DNA of 64,000 bases from Bacilli bacterium (GTDB lineage Bacteria; Bacillota_I; Bacilli_A; RFN20; UBA1709), in contig JBMNFL010000001.1 in assembly GCA_050949315.1 (NCBI GenBank), forward strand, positions 512,001-576,000. Reading direction: 5' to 3'. Numbering within the stretch: position 1 is the first letter of the stretch; each line of letters opens with the position of its first letter. Below, piece after piece: positions 29,092 to 38,053 of the stretch. The notes beneath the pieces are model-generated. The model saw only the letters and a program-made list of their open reading frames with translations. It was not told the DNA's origin and made no database searches. Both the position numbers and the translations under genes were made by a program.

Positions 29092-29838
29092 CTATTCATC
29101 CACTACAACTGTTCTTTTCTCATCTATCTTTTTAATGAGTTTTAGAAAGAAATATCCAATAATTAAAAAGAATGTTAAACCAATAATATAAACAAGAGCC
29201 GATAAATATGGATTAGGAATGACAATGCGAGTGTAAATATTATGTCTCCCATTAAATGCTAGCCCGAAAAATGATGTGCCAAATATGATGTTAAGCGCCA
29301 TCATAACCGCAACTGTCACATATATAATCATTGAAGCTTTAACACAGTTCCTTACCGTTAATTCTATTTTTTTAGTCAGTAATAAATAAATACTTAACAA
29401 CACCATCGTAAAATGATTAATCCAATTAAATGAATAAAGTAAATAGTAACGTGAAAATGGTTCAATTAAATAAATAATAGATTCCATAATTCCGGCAACT
29501 ATCATTCCAAAGGAAAGCATAGACATTAATAAATAAAAGTGCTTTTTAATAATTTTTGGCAAGAAAAGTACAATAAAGACCATAAAAAACATAAAAGAGC
29601 TGATATTTGCCGTAGGAAGTGCATATTTAAAATGCCGCCAAATAGGATTATCAGGTTTATGTTTTATATCTATGTCATAAGCTTCTATCGAAAGCACTAT
29701 TTGAAGTATAAATATTAATAATGTCAAAAAAACGGTGGTACTCTTATATGGTAATTTATCTTTAAACCTAAAGATTATGTACCCACCTACTAGAAGATAT
29801 AATAAGGCTGCAATTAAATTAAATGTTCCCCAAATCAT
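29092..29838 (-). CDS. 7-TM membrane protein, paralog 5 of tandem array (distantly YwaF/TMEM164-like)
   Basis: Shares LPTANIS, WxxHxTM and LNIIFGTSFFGLAFNG with four neighbours. Confidence 0.8.
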   Translation of the reverse strand: MIWGTFNLIAALLYLLVGGYIIFRFKDKLPYKSTTVFLTLLIFILQIVLSIEAYDIDIKHKPDNPIWRHFKYALPTANISSFMFFMVFIVLFLPKIIKKHFYLLMSMLSFGMIVAGIMESIIYLIEPFSRYYLLYSFNWINHFTMVLLSIYLLLTKKIELTVRNCVKASMIIYVTVAVMMALNIIFGTSFFGLAFNGRHNIYTRIVIPNPYLSALVYIIGLTFFLIIGYFFLKLIKKIDEKRTVVVDE

Positions 29839-29899
29839 TTATTATTCCTCTCTGTTATATTTGATTATACAATAACTTTCCTTGTTTTTATAACCTTTT

Positions 29900-30646
29900 T
29901 CATGTTGTTTGCTCTTCATCAACCACAACTGCTCTTTTCTCATCTATTCTTTTAATGAGTTTTAAAAAGAAATATCCAGTGACCAAAAAGAACGTTAAAC
30001 CGATAATATAAACAAAAGCTGATAAATAGGGATCAGTAATAAAAATTTGATTGTAAAAATTATGCTCCCCGTTAAAGGCTAGCCCGAAAAATGCTGTGCC
30101 AAATATTATGTTAAGCACTATCATAATTGCAACTATCGCATATATAATTATTGAGGCTTTAAGACAGTTCCTTACCGTTAATTCTATTCTTTTAGTTAGC
30201 AATAGATAAATACCAAATAATGCCATTGTAAGATGAGTAACCCATTCAATTAAAATAAATTGATGATAGTAGTTAAAAAACGCCCACCTAACAGGGCTGC
30301 CAATTCCGGCTACTATCATTGCAAAAGAAAGCAAGGCCATCAATAAATAAAAGTGTTTTTGAATGGTTTTTGGTAAGAACAACACAACAAAGACCATAGA
30401 AAACATAAATGGGCTGATATTTGCCGTAGGAAGCACAGCCATTAAATTCTCCCAAGTGGGATCAATACAGCTTATATCCATGCTATAAGTTCTTATTAAA
30501 GTCGCTACTTGAGGTATAAATATTAATAATGTCATGAGAATAGTGGTAACCTTATATGGTAATTTATCTTTAAACCTAAAAATTATATACCCACCTGCTA
30601 GAAGATATAATATAGCCGCAACTAAATTCAATATTTTCCAAAACAT
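29900..30646 (-). CDS. 7-TM membrane protein, paralog 4
   Basis: Same conserved blocks; SD GGAGG. Confidence 0.8.
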   Translation of the reverse strand: MFWKILNLVAAILYLLAGGYIIFRFKDKLPYKVTTILMTLLIFIPQVATLIRTYSMDISCIDPTWENLMAVLPTANISPFMFSMVFVVLFLPKTIQKHFYLLMALLSFAMIVAGIGSPVRWAFFNYYHQFILIEWVTHLTMALFGIYLLLTKRIELTVRNCLKASIIIYAIVAIMIVLNIIFGTAFFGLAFNGEHNFYNQIFITDPYLSAFVYIIGLTFFLVTGYFFLKLIKRIDEKRAVVVDEEQTT

Positions 30647-31580
30647 TTATTACCCTCCGTTTTTTAAGTCTTTTTCATGTTGTTTGCTTTTCATCCATCA
30701 CAACTGTTCTTTTCTCATCTATTCTTTTAATAAATTTTAAAAACCAATAACCAATAATTAAAAAGCATGTTAAACCGATAACATAAACAAGAGCCGATAA
30801 ATAGGGATTAGAAATGACAATTAGAGTGTAAATATTATGTTTTCCATTAAAGGCTAGCCCGAAAAATGCTGTGCCAAGTATAATATTAAGGATCATCATA
30901 ATTGCAACTGTCACATATATAATCATTGAAGCTTTAACACAGTTCTTTACTGTTACTTCTATTTTTTTAGTCAACAACAAATAAATGCCAAAAAATGCCA
31001 TTGTAAGATGGGTAATCCACTCAATTGAAATAAATGAATAGTAGTAATGGTAAAAAAACGCATAATAAACAGGGCTTCCGATTCCGGCAACTACCATTAC
31101 AAAGGAAAACAAGGCCATTAATAAATAAAAGTGTTTTTGAATAATTTTTGGTAAGAACAACACAACAAACACCATAAAAAACATAAATGGGCTAATATTC
31201 GCGGTAGGAAGCGTGTATTTAAAATGCCAACCGGTAACACCATCATAATTGCAATAATAATTTATCAATGAAAATACATAAGGTATAAATATTAATAATG
31301 TCATGAGAATAGTGGTAACCTTATATGGTAATTTATCTTTAAACCTAAAAATTATATACCCACCTGCTAGAAGATATAATATAGCCGCAACTAAATTCAA
31401 TATTTTCCAAAGCATTTACTACCCTCCGTTTTTTAAGCCTTTTTCATGTTGTTTGCTCTTCATCCACTACAACTGTTCTTTTCTCATCTATTCTTTTAAT
31501 AAATTTTAAAAACCAATAACCAATAATTAAAAAGCAGGTTAAACCGATAACATAAACAAGAGCCGATAAATAGGGATTAG
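30512..31580. repeat. Near-identical 300-bp direct repeat (30512-30811 vs 31281-31580) spanning paralog junctions
   Basis: Manual alignment at offset 769 bp shows about 7 mismatches; the first ~130 bp are identical. Confidence 0.85.
30675..31415 (-). CDS. 7-TM membrane protein, paralog 3
   Basis: Same conserved blocks; SD GGAGG. Confidence 0.8.
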   Translation of the reverse strand: MLWKILNLVAAILYLLAGGYIIFRFKDKLPYKVTTILMTLLIFIPYVFSLINYYCNYDGVTGWHFKYTLPTANISPFMFFMVFVVLFLPKIIQKHFYLLMALFSFVMVVAGIGSPVYYAFFYHYYYSFISIEWITHLTMAFFGIYLLLTKKIEVTVKNCVKASMIIYVTVAIMMILNIILGTAFFGLAFNGKHNIYTLIVISNPYLSALVYVIGLTCFLIIGYWFLKFIKRIDEKRTVVMDEKQTT

Positions 31581-32187
31581 GAATGATAATATGTCGATAA
31601 ATATGATGCTCCCCATTAAAGGCTAGCCCGAAAAATGATGTACCAAATATAATATTAAGGATCATCATAATTGCAACTGTCGCATATATAATCATTGAAG
31701 CTTTAATACAGTTTCTTACCGTTAATTCTATTCTTTTAGTTAGCAATAGATAAATGCCAAAAAACGCCATTGTAAAATGATTAATCCAATTAATTGAACA
31801 AAATAAATAATAATAATTTGGTTTAGATGAATAAATAATACATTCTATAATTCCGGCAACTATCATTCCAAAGGAAAGCATAGACATTAATAAATAAAAA
31901 TGCTTTTTGATGGCTTTGGGCAAGAAGAGGACAATAAAGACCATTATAAACATAAATGGACTGATATTTGCCGTAGGAAGCATGTTCTTTAAATTCCACC
32001 AAATAGGAGCACTTTCTTTTCTATCAATGTTATAAACTTCTATTAAGACCACTATTTGAAGTATGAATATTAGTAATGTAAAAAAAATGGTGGTAATCTT
32101 ATATGGTAGTTTATCTTTAAACTTAAAGATTATATACCCACCTATTAAAAGATATAATAAGGCTGCAACTACGTTCAAGATATTCAA
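31444..32187 (-). CDS. 7-TM membrane protein, paralog 2 (homologous start codon is ACG)
   Basis: Intact frame; the position aligned to the ATG of its siblings (32191-32193) reads ACG; the next possible start is TTG at 32187. Confidence 0.7.
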   Translation of the reverse strand: MNILNVVAALLYLLIGGYIIFKFKDKLPYKITTIFFTLLIFILQIVVLIEVYNIDRKESAPIWWNLKNMLPTANISPFMFIMVFIVLFLPKAIKKHFYLLMSMLSFGMIVAGIIECIIYSSKPNYYYLFCSINWINHFTMAFFGIYLLLTKRIELTVRNCIKASMIIYATVAIMMILNIIFGTSFFGLAFNGEHHIYRHIIIPNPYLSALVYVIGLTCFLIIGYWFLKFIKRIDEKRTVVVDEEQTT

Positions 32188-32254
32188 ACTCGTTTATTGT
32201 TCCTCCCTGTTATATTTGATTATACAATAAATATCCTTGTTTTTATAACCTTTT

Positions 32255-32983
32255 TCATGTTGTCTGCTCTTCATCAACCACAACTGCTCTTTTCTCATCT
32301 ATCTTTTTAATAAACTTTAAAAAGAAATATCCAGTGACCAAAAAGAATGTTACACCAGTAATATAAACAAGAGCCGATAAATATGGGTTAGGAATGATAA
32401 TATGTCGATAAATATGATGCTCCCCATTAAATGCCAGCCCGAAAAATGATGTGCCAAATATTATGTTAAGTACTATCATAATTGCAACTATCATATATAT
32501 AATCATTAAGGCTTTAAGACAATTCTTTACCGTTATCTCTATTCTTTTAGTCAGCAAAAGATAAATGCCAAAAAAGGCCATTGTAAAATGGGTAATCCAC
32601 TCAATTGAAAAAAACGGATAATAACGGTCAAAAAACATATACCAAATAGGGCTTCCGATTCCGGCAACTATCATTGTAAAGGAAAGCATCGTCATTAATA
32701 AATAAAAGTGTTTTTTGATGATTTTTGGTAAGAACAACACAACAAACACCATTGTAAACATAAGTGAACTAATATTTGAAGTAGGAAGCACATTATTAAA
32801 ATTCCACCAAGAATCTTTACGATAAAAATTTATTAAGGAAAATACATAGGGTACAAATATTAAAAACGTTAACACAACTGTGATAATTTTATACGGCAAT
32901 CTATCTTTAAACTTAAAGATTATGTACCCTCCTACAAGAAGATATAATATGGCCGCGATTAAATTCAATACTTCCCTAATCAT
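32255..32983 (-). CDS. 7-TM membrane protein, paralog 1 (promoter-proximal)
   Basis: Same conserved blocks; first gene of the array. Confidence 0.8.
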   Translation of the reverse strand: MIREVLNLIAAILYLLVGGYIIFKFKDRLPYKIITVVLTFLIFVPYVFSLINFYRKDSWWNFNNVLPTSNISSLMFTMVFVVLFLPKIIKKHFYLLMTMLSFTMIVAGIGSPIWYMFFDRYYPFFSIEWITHFTMAFFGIYLLLTKRIEITVKNCLKALMIIYMIVAIMIVLNIIFGTSFFGLAFNGEHHIYRHIIIPNPYLSALVYITGVTFFLVTGYFFLKFIKKIDEKRAVVVDEEQTT

Positions 32984-33166
32984 TTATTGTTCCTCTTTAC
33001 GACACATTCCTATGCCACCCATACCCTTTGTTTTTATTACTTTTATAAATGCTTCTTTTCTTGTTTTCATCAATATACTATTATTATACCTGTTTTAGTA
33101 GATTATAAAACCAAAAAGACTAAAGTTTGCCGATTTTTTCTTCTGTTCTAAAGTATCTTTCATGAT

Positions 33167-33218
33167 AAAAACTCCCTTTTCATTGTACCAACTTTGGTCC
33201 AAATTAAGGGAGCATTTT
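33167..33218 (-). terminator. Terminator after tRNA-His
   Basis: CTCCCTT...AAGGGAG outer stem with inner TTGGACCAA/TTGGTACAA pairing, then TTTT. Confidence 0.65.
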
Positions 33219-33227
33219 CAAAAAAGA

Positions 33228-33304
33228 TGGGGCGGAAAATGGGAATTGAACCCACGAATGCCTGATCCACAGTCAGGTGCGTTAACCTCTTCGCCACTTC
33301 CGCC
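33228..33304 (-). tRNA. tRNA-His (anticodon GTG)
   Basis: G-1 plus GCGGAAG acceptor, CCTGA-CT-GTG-GA-TCAGG anticodon arm, GGTTCAATTCC T-arm, C73 and CCA. Confidence 0.97.
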
Positions 33305-33378
33305 ATGTCATAAGGGCCCTATTATTTTAGCGTTTTACTTAATAAAAGTAAAGTATCTTGAATAAATAAACTGCTTTT

Positions 33379-34542
33379 TTAACTATAACGACTCTCAATT
33401 TTAATTTTAGGGAAATAACGCGGATCTAATTCTTTTAAACGCTTAGTAACCTCTTCTCTTAAGGCCTCTATTTTCTCTTCACTAAAACCATAGGGAACTA
33501 CTAAATCAAACAGAAGATTAATTTGTTTATTACCATCAATGAAGCGAAAATCATGAATATCAAAGACGGGATTGATTTTTTTAACTACTGCTAAAACTTC
33601 CTCTTTTCTTTGTAAGACTATAGGACTGGTTGATATGGGATCTAAATGAATGGTAAGTTCAACCTTGTAACGCTCATAAGCCTCATTTTCTAAAGCATCA
33701 ATCACCTCATGGATAGCCACAAGATTAACCGTTTCCTTAACCTCCGCATGAATAGAGGCAAAATAACAACCGGGCCCATAGTTATGGACTATTAAATCAT
33801 GAGCGTCAATGATCCCCTCGCCACTTTTTACCAGCTTAGTAATATTGTTGCTCAACTCTGCACTAGGTGGGGTTCCAAGTAAAGTCACAATCGCTTCTTT
33901 GGCCACCTTATAGCCACTATAAGCCACCACTAAAGCCACTACTAAACCGGCAATTCCATCTACAGGGAAAGTGGTGTGTGGAGCGATTATCATACAAACG
34001 ATAATAGCAAAAGTAATAAGAATATCGTTAAAGCTATCAATTGCTGCCGCTCTTAAAACCGAAGAATTAATCTTGCGGGCATAGTAGCGATTATAAAGAA
34101 ACATCCAAAGTTTTAATAAAATATAGAAACCTAAAACTAAATATAAAATAAAGCCAGTAGCTATAGGCACAGGATTAATAATCTTAGCGATGGCTTCGCG
34201 TAAAAGTTCAACCGCCATAAAAATAATTAAAAAGCCGACAACAAGACTAGCTACATATTCAAAACGACCATGACCAAAGGGGTGTTCACGATCAGCCCGC
34301 TTATTTGAGATTTTAGCCGAGAAAACAGAAACACTGGAATTAATGACATCGCCAAGGTTATTAAAGGCATCAGAAACAATCGCAATACTAGAAAAGACTA
34401 GACCGATGATAAGTTTAGCTACAAAGGAAAATAAATTGCCTAAAATACCAACAATCCCACAAAGTGCTGTGTATTTTCCCCGCACTTTATTGTCGGTGAT
34501 ATTTTCATAATCCTTAATAAAAATTCTGACTAAAAAAAACAT
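33379..34542 (-). CDS. Cation diffusion facilitator (CDF) metal efflux transporter
   Basis: SDAFNNLGD, DREHPFGHGRFEY and HDLIVHNYGPG; duplicated C-terminal domain (IHDFR). Confidence 0.92.
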   Translation of the reverse strand: MFFLVRIFIKDYENITDNKVRGKYTALCGIVGILGNLFSFVAKLIIGLVFSSIAIVSDAFNNLGDVINSSVSVFSAKISNKRADREHPFGHGRFEYVASLVVGFLIIFMAVELLREAIAKIINPVPIATGFILYLVLGFYILLKLWMFLYNRYYARKINSSVLRAAAIDSFNDILITFAIIVCMIIAPHTTFPVDGIAGLVVALVVAYSGYKVAKEAIVTLLGTPPSAELSNNITKLVKSGEGIIDAHDLIVHNYGPGCYFASIHAEVKETVNLVAIHEVIDALENEAYERYKVELTIHLDPISTSPIVLQRKEEVLAVVKKINPVFDIHDFRFIDGNKQINLLFDLVVPYGFSEEKIEALREEVTKRLKELDPRYFPKIKIESRYS

Positions 34543-34581
34543 TTTTCATTGTCCTTTCTATAGATTTTTCCGATACTTTTT

Positions 34582-35436
34582 CTAATTAATAAAAATTAAG
34601 GCATAGCCGAGAATTAAAGCCGTTAGAGTCAAAACCCCAATAATAAGAGGAAAGTTTTTCACGGCTTTTCTATCCTTTAGTAAATAAGCCATTCCTAGGC
34701 CTGCATTAACCGTTAAACCCGCAACTAAGGCACTAAAGGGCATGCCGCCAACTAAATAAAATTCCGTTAAGATGACACTGGAAGCACAGTTAGGAATAAA
34801 GCCAACGATGATTGAAAACAAGGGTGTCAGATACTTGTTTGTCTCTAAAAAGTTCAGAATGCTATCCTCGCCAATATAGTAGATAATCAAAGCAAAGCCG
34901 ATATTGATAAGCAAAACATAGATGAAAATTTTTAAGGAATGAACCAAAGGATGGATTAAATGACTGTGAAGAGGATTTTCTTTGTCACCAATGCGATGTC
35001 CACAACAACCAATATGAACCTCACTTTCACTAACTTCGGGATTAGTTAGAGTCTCTTTATTTCGAAAATAAATAAGGTCAACAACCACACCTACTAAAAA
35101 GCCGGCTACAAACTTAATCCCCAGTAGTATAAAACCATAATACCACTTTGGACTGGAAAGTAAAATAGGCAAGGCCTCATCAGAACAGGCAATAAACACA
35201 GCAATAAGCGTTCCTACACTAATCGCCTTTTTAATATACAAATCGCTAGCTACAACAGAAATCCCGCATTGAGGGACAATTCCTGCCAAAGCCCCCATTA
35301 AAGGACCAACTTTTTTTGATTTCTTGAGATATTGGACTAAAGCATTTTCAATGAAGGATAAAAGGATAAACATTACAAAGGCTAAAGCTAAAACCTTTAA
35401 ACTATCCATCAAAGCCTCTAATAAGGCATCTATCAC
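34582..35436 (-). CDS. Putative manganese/heavy-metal transporter (DUF2899/ArsP_2-like)
   Basis: PQCG, ACSDEA and PNCAS motifs; His/Cys-rich loop HIGCCGH. Confidence 0.75.
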   Translation of the reverse strand: MIDALLEALMDSLKVLALAFVMFILLSFIENALVQYLKKSKKVGPLMGALAGIVPQCGISVVASDLYIKKAISVGTLIAVFIACSDEALPILLSSPKWYYGFILLGIKFVAGFLVGVVVDLIYFRNKETLTNPEVSESEVHIGCCGHRIGDKENPLHSHLIHPLVHSLKIFIYVLLINIGFALIIYYIGEDSILNFLETNKYLTPLFSIIVGFIPNCASSVILTEFYLVGGMPFSALVAGLTVNAGLGMAYLLKDRKAVKNFPLIIGVLTLTALILGYALIFIN

Positions 35437-35488
35437 TATTGATCATCCCTTTCATGCTTTCATATTTTATACTTTTTTATAAGAAAAA

Positions 35489-35516
35489 TAAAGACATCCG
35501 CTTGGGAATGTCTTTA
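35489..35516 (-). terminator. Terminator of feo operon
   Basis: AAAGACAT...ATGTCTTT hairpin. Confidence 0.65.
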
Positions 35517-35522
35517 ATAATT

Positions 35523-35678
35523 TTATCTATAACATGACTCTCTTTTATCCTTGTTACAACTTTGAGCATAAGGACAGAAGCGACAAGGATTCTTTCGATT
35601 CTTAAACAAGGCAAAAAAGACGATTAAGCCCACCACAACAATGACGGCTATTAGGATAATAATATCTAAGGCACTCAT
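35523..35678 (-). CDS. FeoB-associated Cys-rich small membrane protein (51 aa, not in ORF track)
   Basis: MSALDIIILIAVIVVVGLIVFFALFKNRKNPCRFCPYAQSCNKDKRESCYR; ATG directly follows the feoB TAA; SD GGAGG lies in the feoB end. Confidence 0.85.
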   Translation of the reverse strand: MSALDIIILIAVIVVVGLIVFFALFKNRKNPCRFCPYAQSCNKDKRESCYR

Positions 35679-37664
35679 TTAAAAGCCTCCTGTTAGTAAA
35701 CTACCAACTAAGAAAACTAAGATGGCTAAAACCCAAGCGATACCCGTTTGGAAAAAGGCCGCTTTTAACATGGCTTTGGTCCCACCTAATTCTCTTTTCA
35801 TGGCACCGAGGGCACCAAAACAAGGAGCGGAGAAAAGATTAAAGACCATAAAGGCGTAGGCACTAACAGAGTTAAAGTAACCAAAGGCTCCACCTTCGGC
35901 CAAAATTAAATGCCCCTCAGTTACATCTTCGCTTAAACCGGCAATAATCGCCATAGAAGAAACCACCTGTTCTTTAGCAACTAGCCCCTGCACCGCTGAG
36001 ACAGTAGCTTCCCAAGACCAGTGTCCGATCATAGGATAAAAGAGCCAAGCTAAGGCATTACCAATACTGGCCAAAATTGAATCAGCCACTTCCACCCCAT
36101 ACTCAAACTTCCAGTTAAAGGATAGTAAGACCCAAATAACAATGGAACAAAGTAAGATGATGGTTCCAGCTCTTTTAATAAAGGCTAAGGTTTTTTCAGA
36201 AACATCACGGAATAAATATTTAAAGTTTGGTAATTTATATTCTGGTAATTCACTGATATAAGAAGAGTTTTCACCCTTAAAGACAAACTTTCTTAAAAGG
36301 TAAGCTAGAAGGATAATAACGATAACAGCAAAGAAGTATAGAGAAGCACTGACAATGCCCGAATTAGGACCAAAGAAGTGACCTGCAAAAAGGGCAATAA
36401 TCGGTAACTTCGCACTACAGGGAATAAAAGGCGTTAAAATAACTGTCATCTTCTTTTCTTCAGCATTCTCAATAGCCCTAGCCGCCATAACACCAGGCAC
36501 CGAACAACCAGTTCCGACGATAAAGGGAATCAAAGCTTTACCACTTAGACCAATTTTTCTAAACAGACGATCTAAGAAGAAAGTGATTCTTGACATATAG
36601 CCTGTTGTTTCTAGCAAACAAATACAAAGGAAGAGAATAATTAACTGAGGGACGAAGCTTAATATCGCCCCCACACCGGCAATGACACCATCAACAACAA
36701 GACTTATCGACCACTCTGAAGCTCCACCATTTTCTAAAGCCCCAGAAACCCACTCGCTAAGACCCTCCATTAATTCTTCAATCCAGCCAACCGTCGCACT
36801 GCCCACTACTCCCACTGAAAGGAAGTAAATGAGGAACATAATAGCCGCAAAAATAGGCAAGGCGGCAAACTTATTTAAGAAAACCTTATCTAAGCGATCG
36901 GTTATCGTTACTTTACGTGGCCCAAAAGTGCAAACTTTTTTCCTTAATTCAGTAATAAAATCATAACGTTGATTAGCAATGATCTCTTCAGTATCAAGAC
37001 CATATTTTTCTTCTATTTCTTTGATTAATTGCTGATCTAAATCTGTCGCGCTTTTTTGATATCTAGGATCGCGTTCTAACAATTTAACAGCCACAAAACG
37101 CTGGTGACTACCCTCTAATTCAGCTTCAATCTTCTTAATACTTTTTTCAATATCCGTCGCATATATTGGTAGATGAACATTATCTAAAACCTGATTTTCA
37201 TTAATAATCTTAATTAATTTATCAATACCTGTTCCCTTAAGGGCGGAAACTTCCACTACCGTTGTATGCAAGGCTTCTTCTAAAGCTTTACTATCAATTT
37301 TAATGCCTTTTTTATCTAATAAATCCGACATATTAAGCGCGATGATAACTTTACAGTCAAGTTCTAATAACTGCGTTGTCAGATATAAACTTCTTTCAAG
37401 TGAAGTCGCATCAATAATATTAATAATGATATCTGGTTTTTCCTCTACCGCATATTGACGAGAAACTTCTTCTTCAGGACTATAAGGACTCAAAGAATAA
37501 ATACCCGGCAAGTCGATTAGGGTATGTTTACTTCCCTTAATGCGTCCTTCTTTGCGTTCAATAGTAACACCTGGCCAGTTGCCAACCTTTTGGTGGGCGC
37601 CTGTTAAAGCATTGAATAAAGAAGTCTTCCCACTATTCTGATTTCCTACTAAGGCGATTCTCAT
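35679..37664 (-). CDS. feoB: Ferrous iron transporter B
   Basis: GNQNSGKT, GNWPGVT, DLPGIYSL, NMSD G-domain; PFIPCSAKLP gate motifs. Confidence 0.96.
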   Translation of the reverse strand: MRIALVGNQNSGKTSLFNALTGAHQKVGNWPGVTIERKEGRIKGSKHTLIDLPGIYSLSPYSPEEEVSRQYAVEEKPDIIINIIDATSLERSLYLTTQLLELDCKVIIALNMSDLLDKKGIKIDSKALEEALHTTVVEVSALKGTGIDKLIKIINENQVLDNVHLPIYATDIEKSIKKIEAELEGSHQRFVAVKLLERDPRYQKSATDLDQQLIKEIEEKYGLDTEEIIANQRYDFITELRKKVCTFGPRKVTITDRLDKVFLNKFAALPIFAAIMFLIYFLSVGVVGSATVGWIEELMEGLSEWVSGALENGGASEWSISLVVDGVIAGVGAILSFVPQLIILFLCICLLETTGYMSRITFFLDRLFRKIGLSGKALIPFIVGTGCSVPGVMAARAIENAEEKKMTVILTPFIPCSAKLPIIALFAGHFFGPNSGIVSASLYFFAVIVIILLAYLLRKFVFKGENSSYISELPEYKLPNFKYLFRDVSEKTLAFIKRAGTIILLCSIVIWVLLSFNWKFEYGVEVADSILASIGNALAWLFYPMIGHWSWEATVSAVQGLVAKEQVVSSMAIIAGLSEDVTEGHLILAEGGAFGYFNSVSAYAFMVFNLFSAPCFGALGAMKRELGGTKAMLKAAFFQTGIAWVLAILVFLVGSLLTGGF

Positions 37665-37942
37665 TACTCAATCACCTCGATATCAATGGTTTCCATATCC
37701 TTTTTACGGATACAGAGTTCATAACCCCTTAATTCGATATCAATCGGATCACCCAAAGGGGCGATTTTTTTGATTTTAATCTCTACCCCACTAGTAATGC
37801 CCATATCAAAAAGGCGCCGGCGTACGGCCGCACTATCATTATGTAAACCAAGAACTTTAGCTACTTGTCCTTTTTGCAAGTCAATTAAATGCCCCCGCTC
37901 TCCTTTTCTTAGTCTTCTTCTTTGTCTTCTTCTTTCGCGCAT
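37664..37942 (-). CDS. feoA: Ferrous iron transport protein A
   Basis: RRLFDMGIT and APLGDPI.I.LRGYEL motifs. Confidence 0.93.
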   Translation of the reverse strand: MRERRRQRRRLRKGERGHLIDLQKGQVAKVLGLHNDSAAVRRRLFDMGITSGVEIKIKKIAPLGDPIDIELRGYELCIRKKDMETIDIEVIE

Positions 37943-37971
37943 ATAATCACCTCAATTAATATTTAAATAAC

Positions 37972-38024
37972 AGTTAGTCATGACTAACTAATGGTTATTA
38001 TAATACTTATTGTCTAACTGTCAA
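37972..38024 (-). promoter_or_regulatory. feoAB promoter and palindromic metal-repressor operator (DtxR/MntR-like)
   Basis: Perfect 18-bp palindrome AGTTAGTCA-TGACTAACT (37972-37989) just downstream of TTGACA-16-TATAAT. Confidence 0.75.
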
Positions 38025-38053
38025 GCGATTTAATAATTTTTCAATCTTTATAT

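Noticed and set aside
30534-31509. Two near-identical plus-strand 68-aa ORFs
   Set aside because: Antisense shadows of the duplicated junction block; no SD or promoter.
29092-32983. Diversity-generating retroelement or invertase shufflon explaining the paralog variation
   Set aside because: No reverse transcriptase, template repeat, adjacent recombinase or inverted cassettes. Differences include indels and all base types, not adenine-only changes.
33162-33365. Plus-strand 67-aa ORF
   Set aside because: Antisense to tRNA-His and its terminator; spurious.
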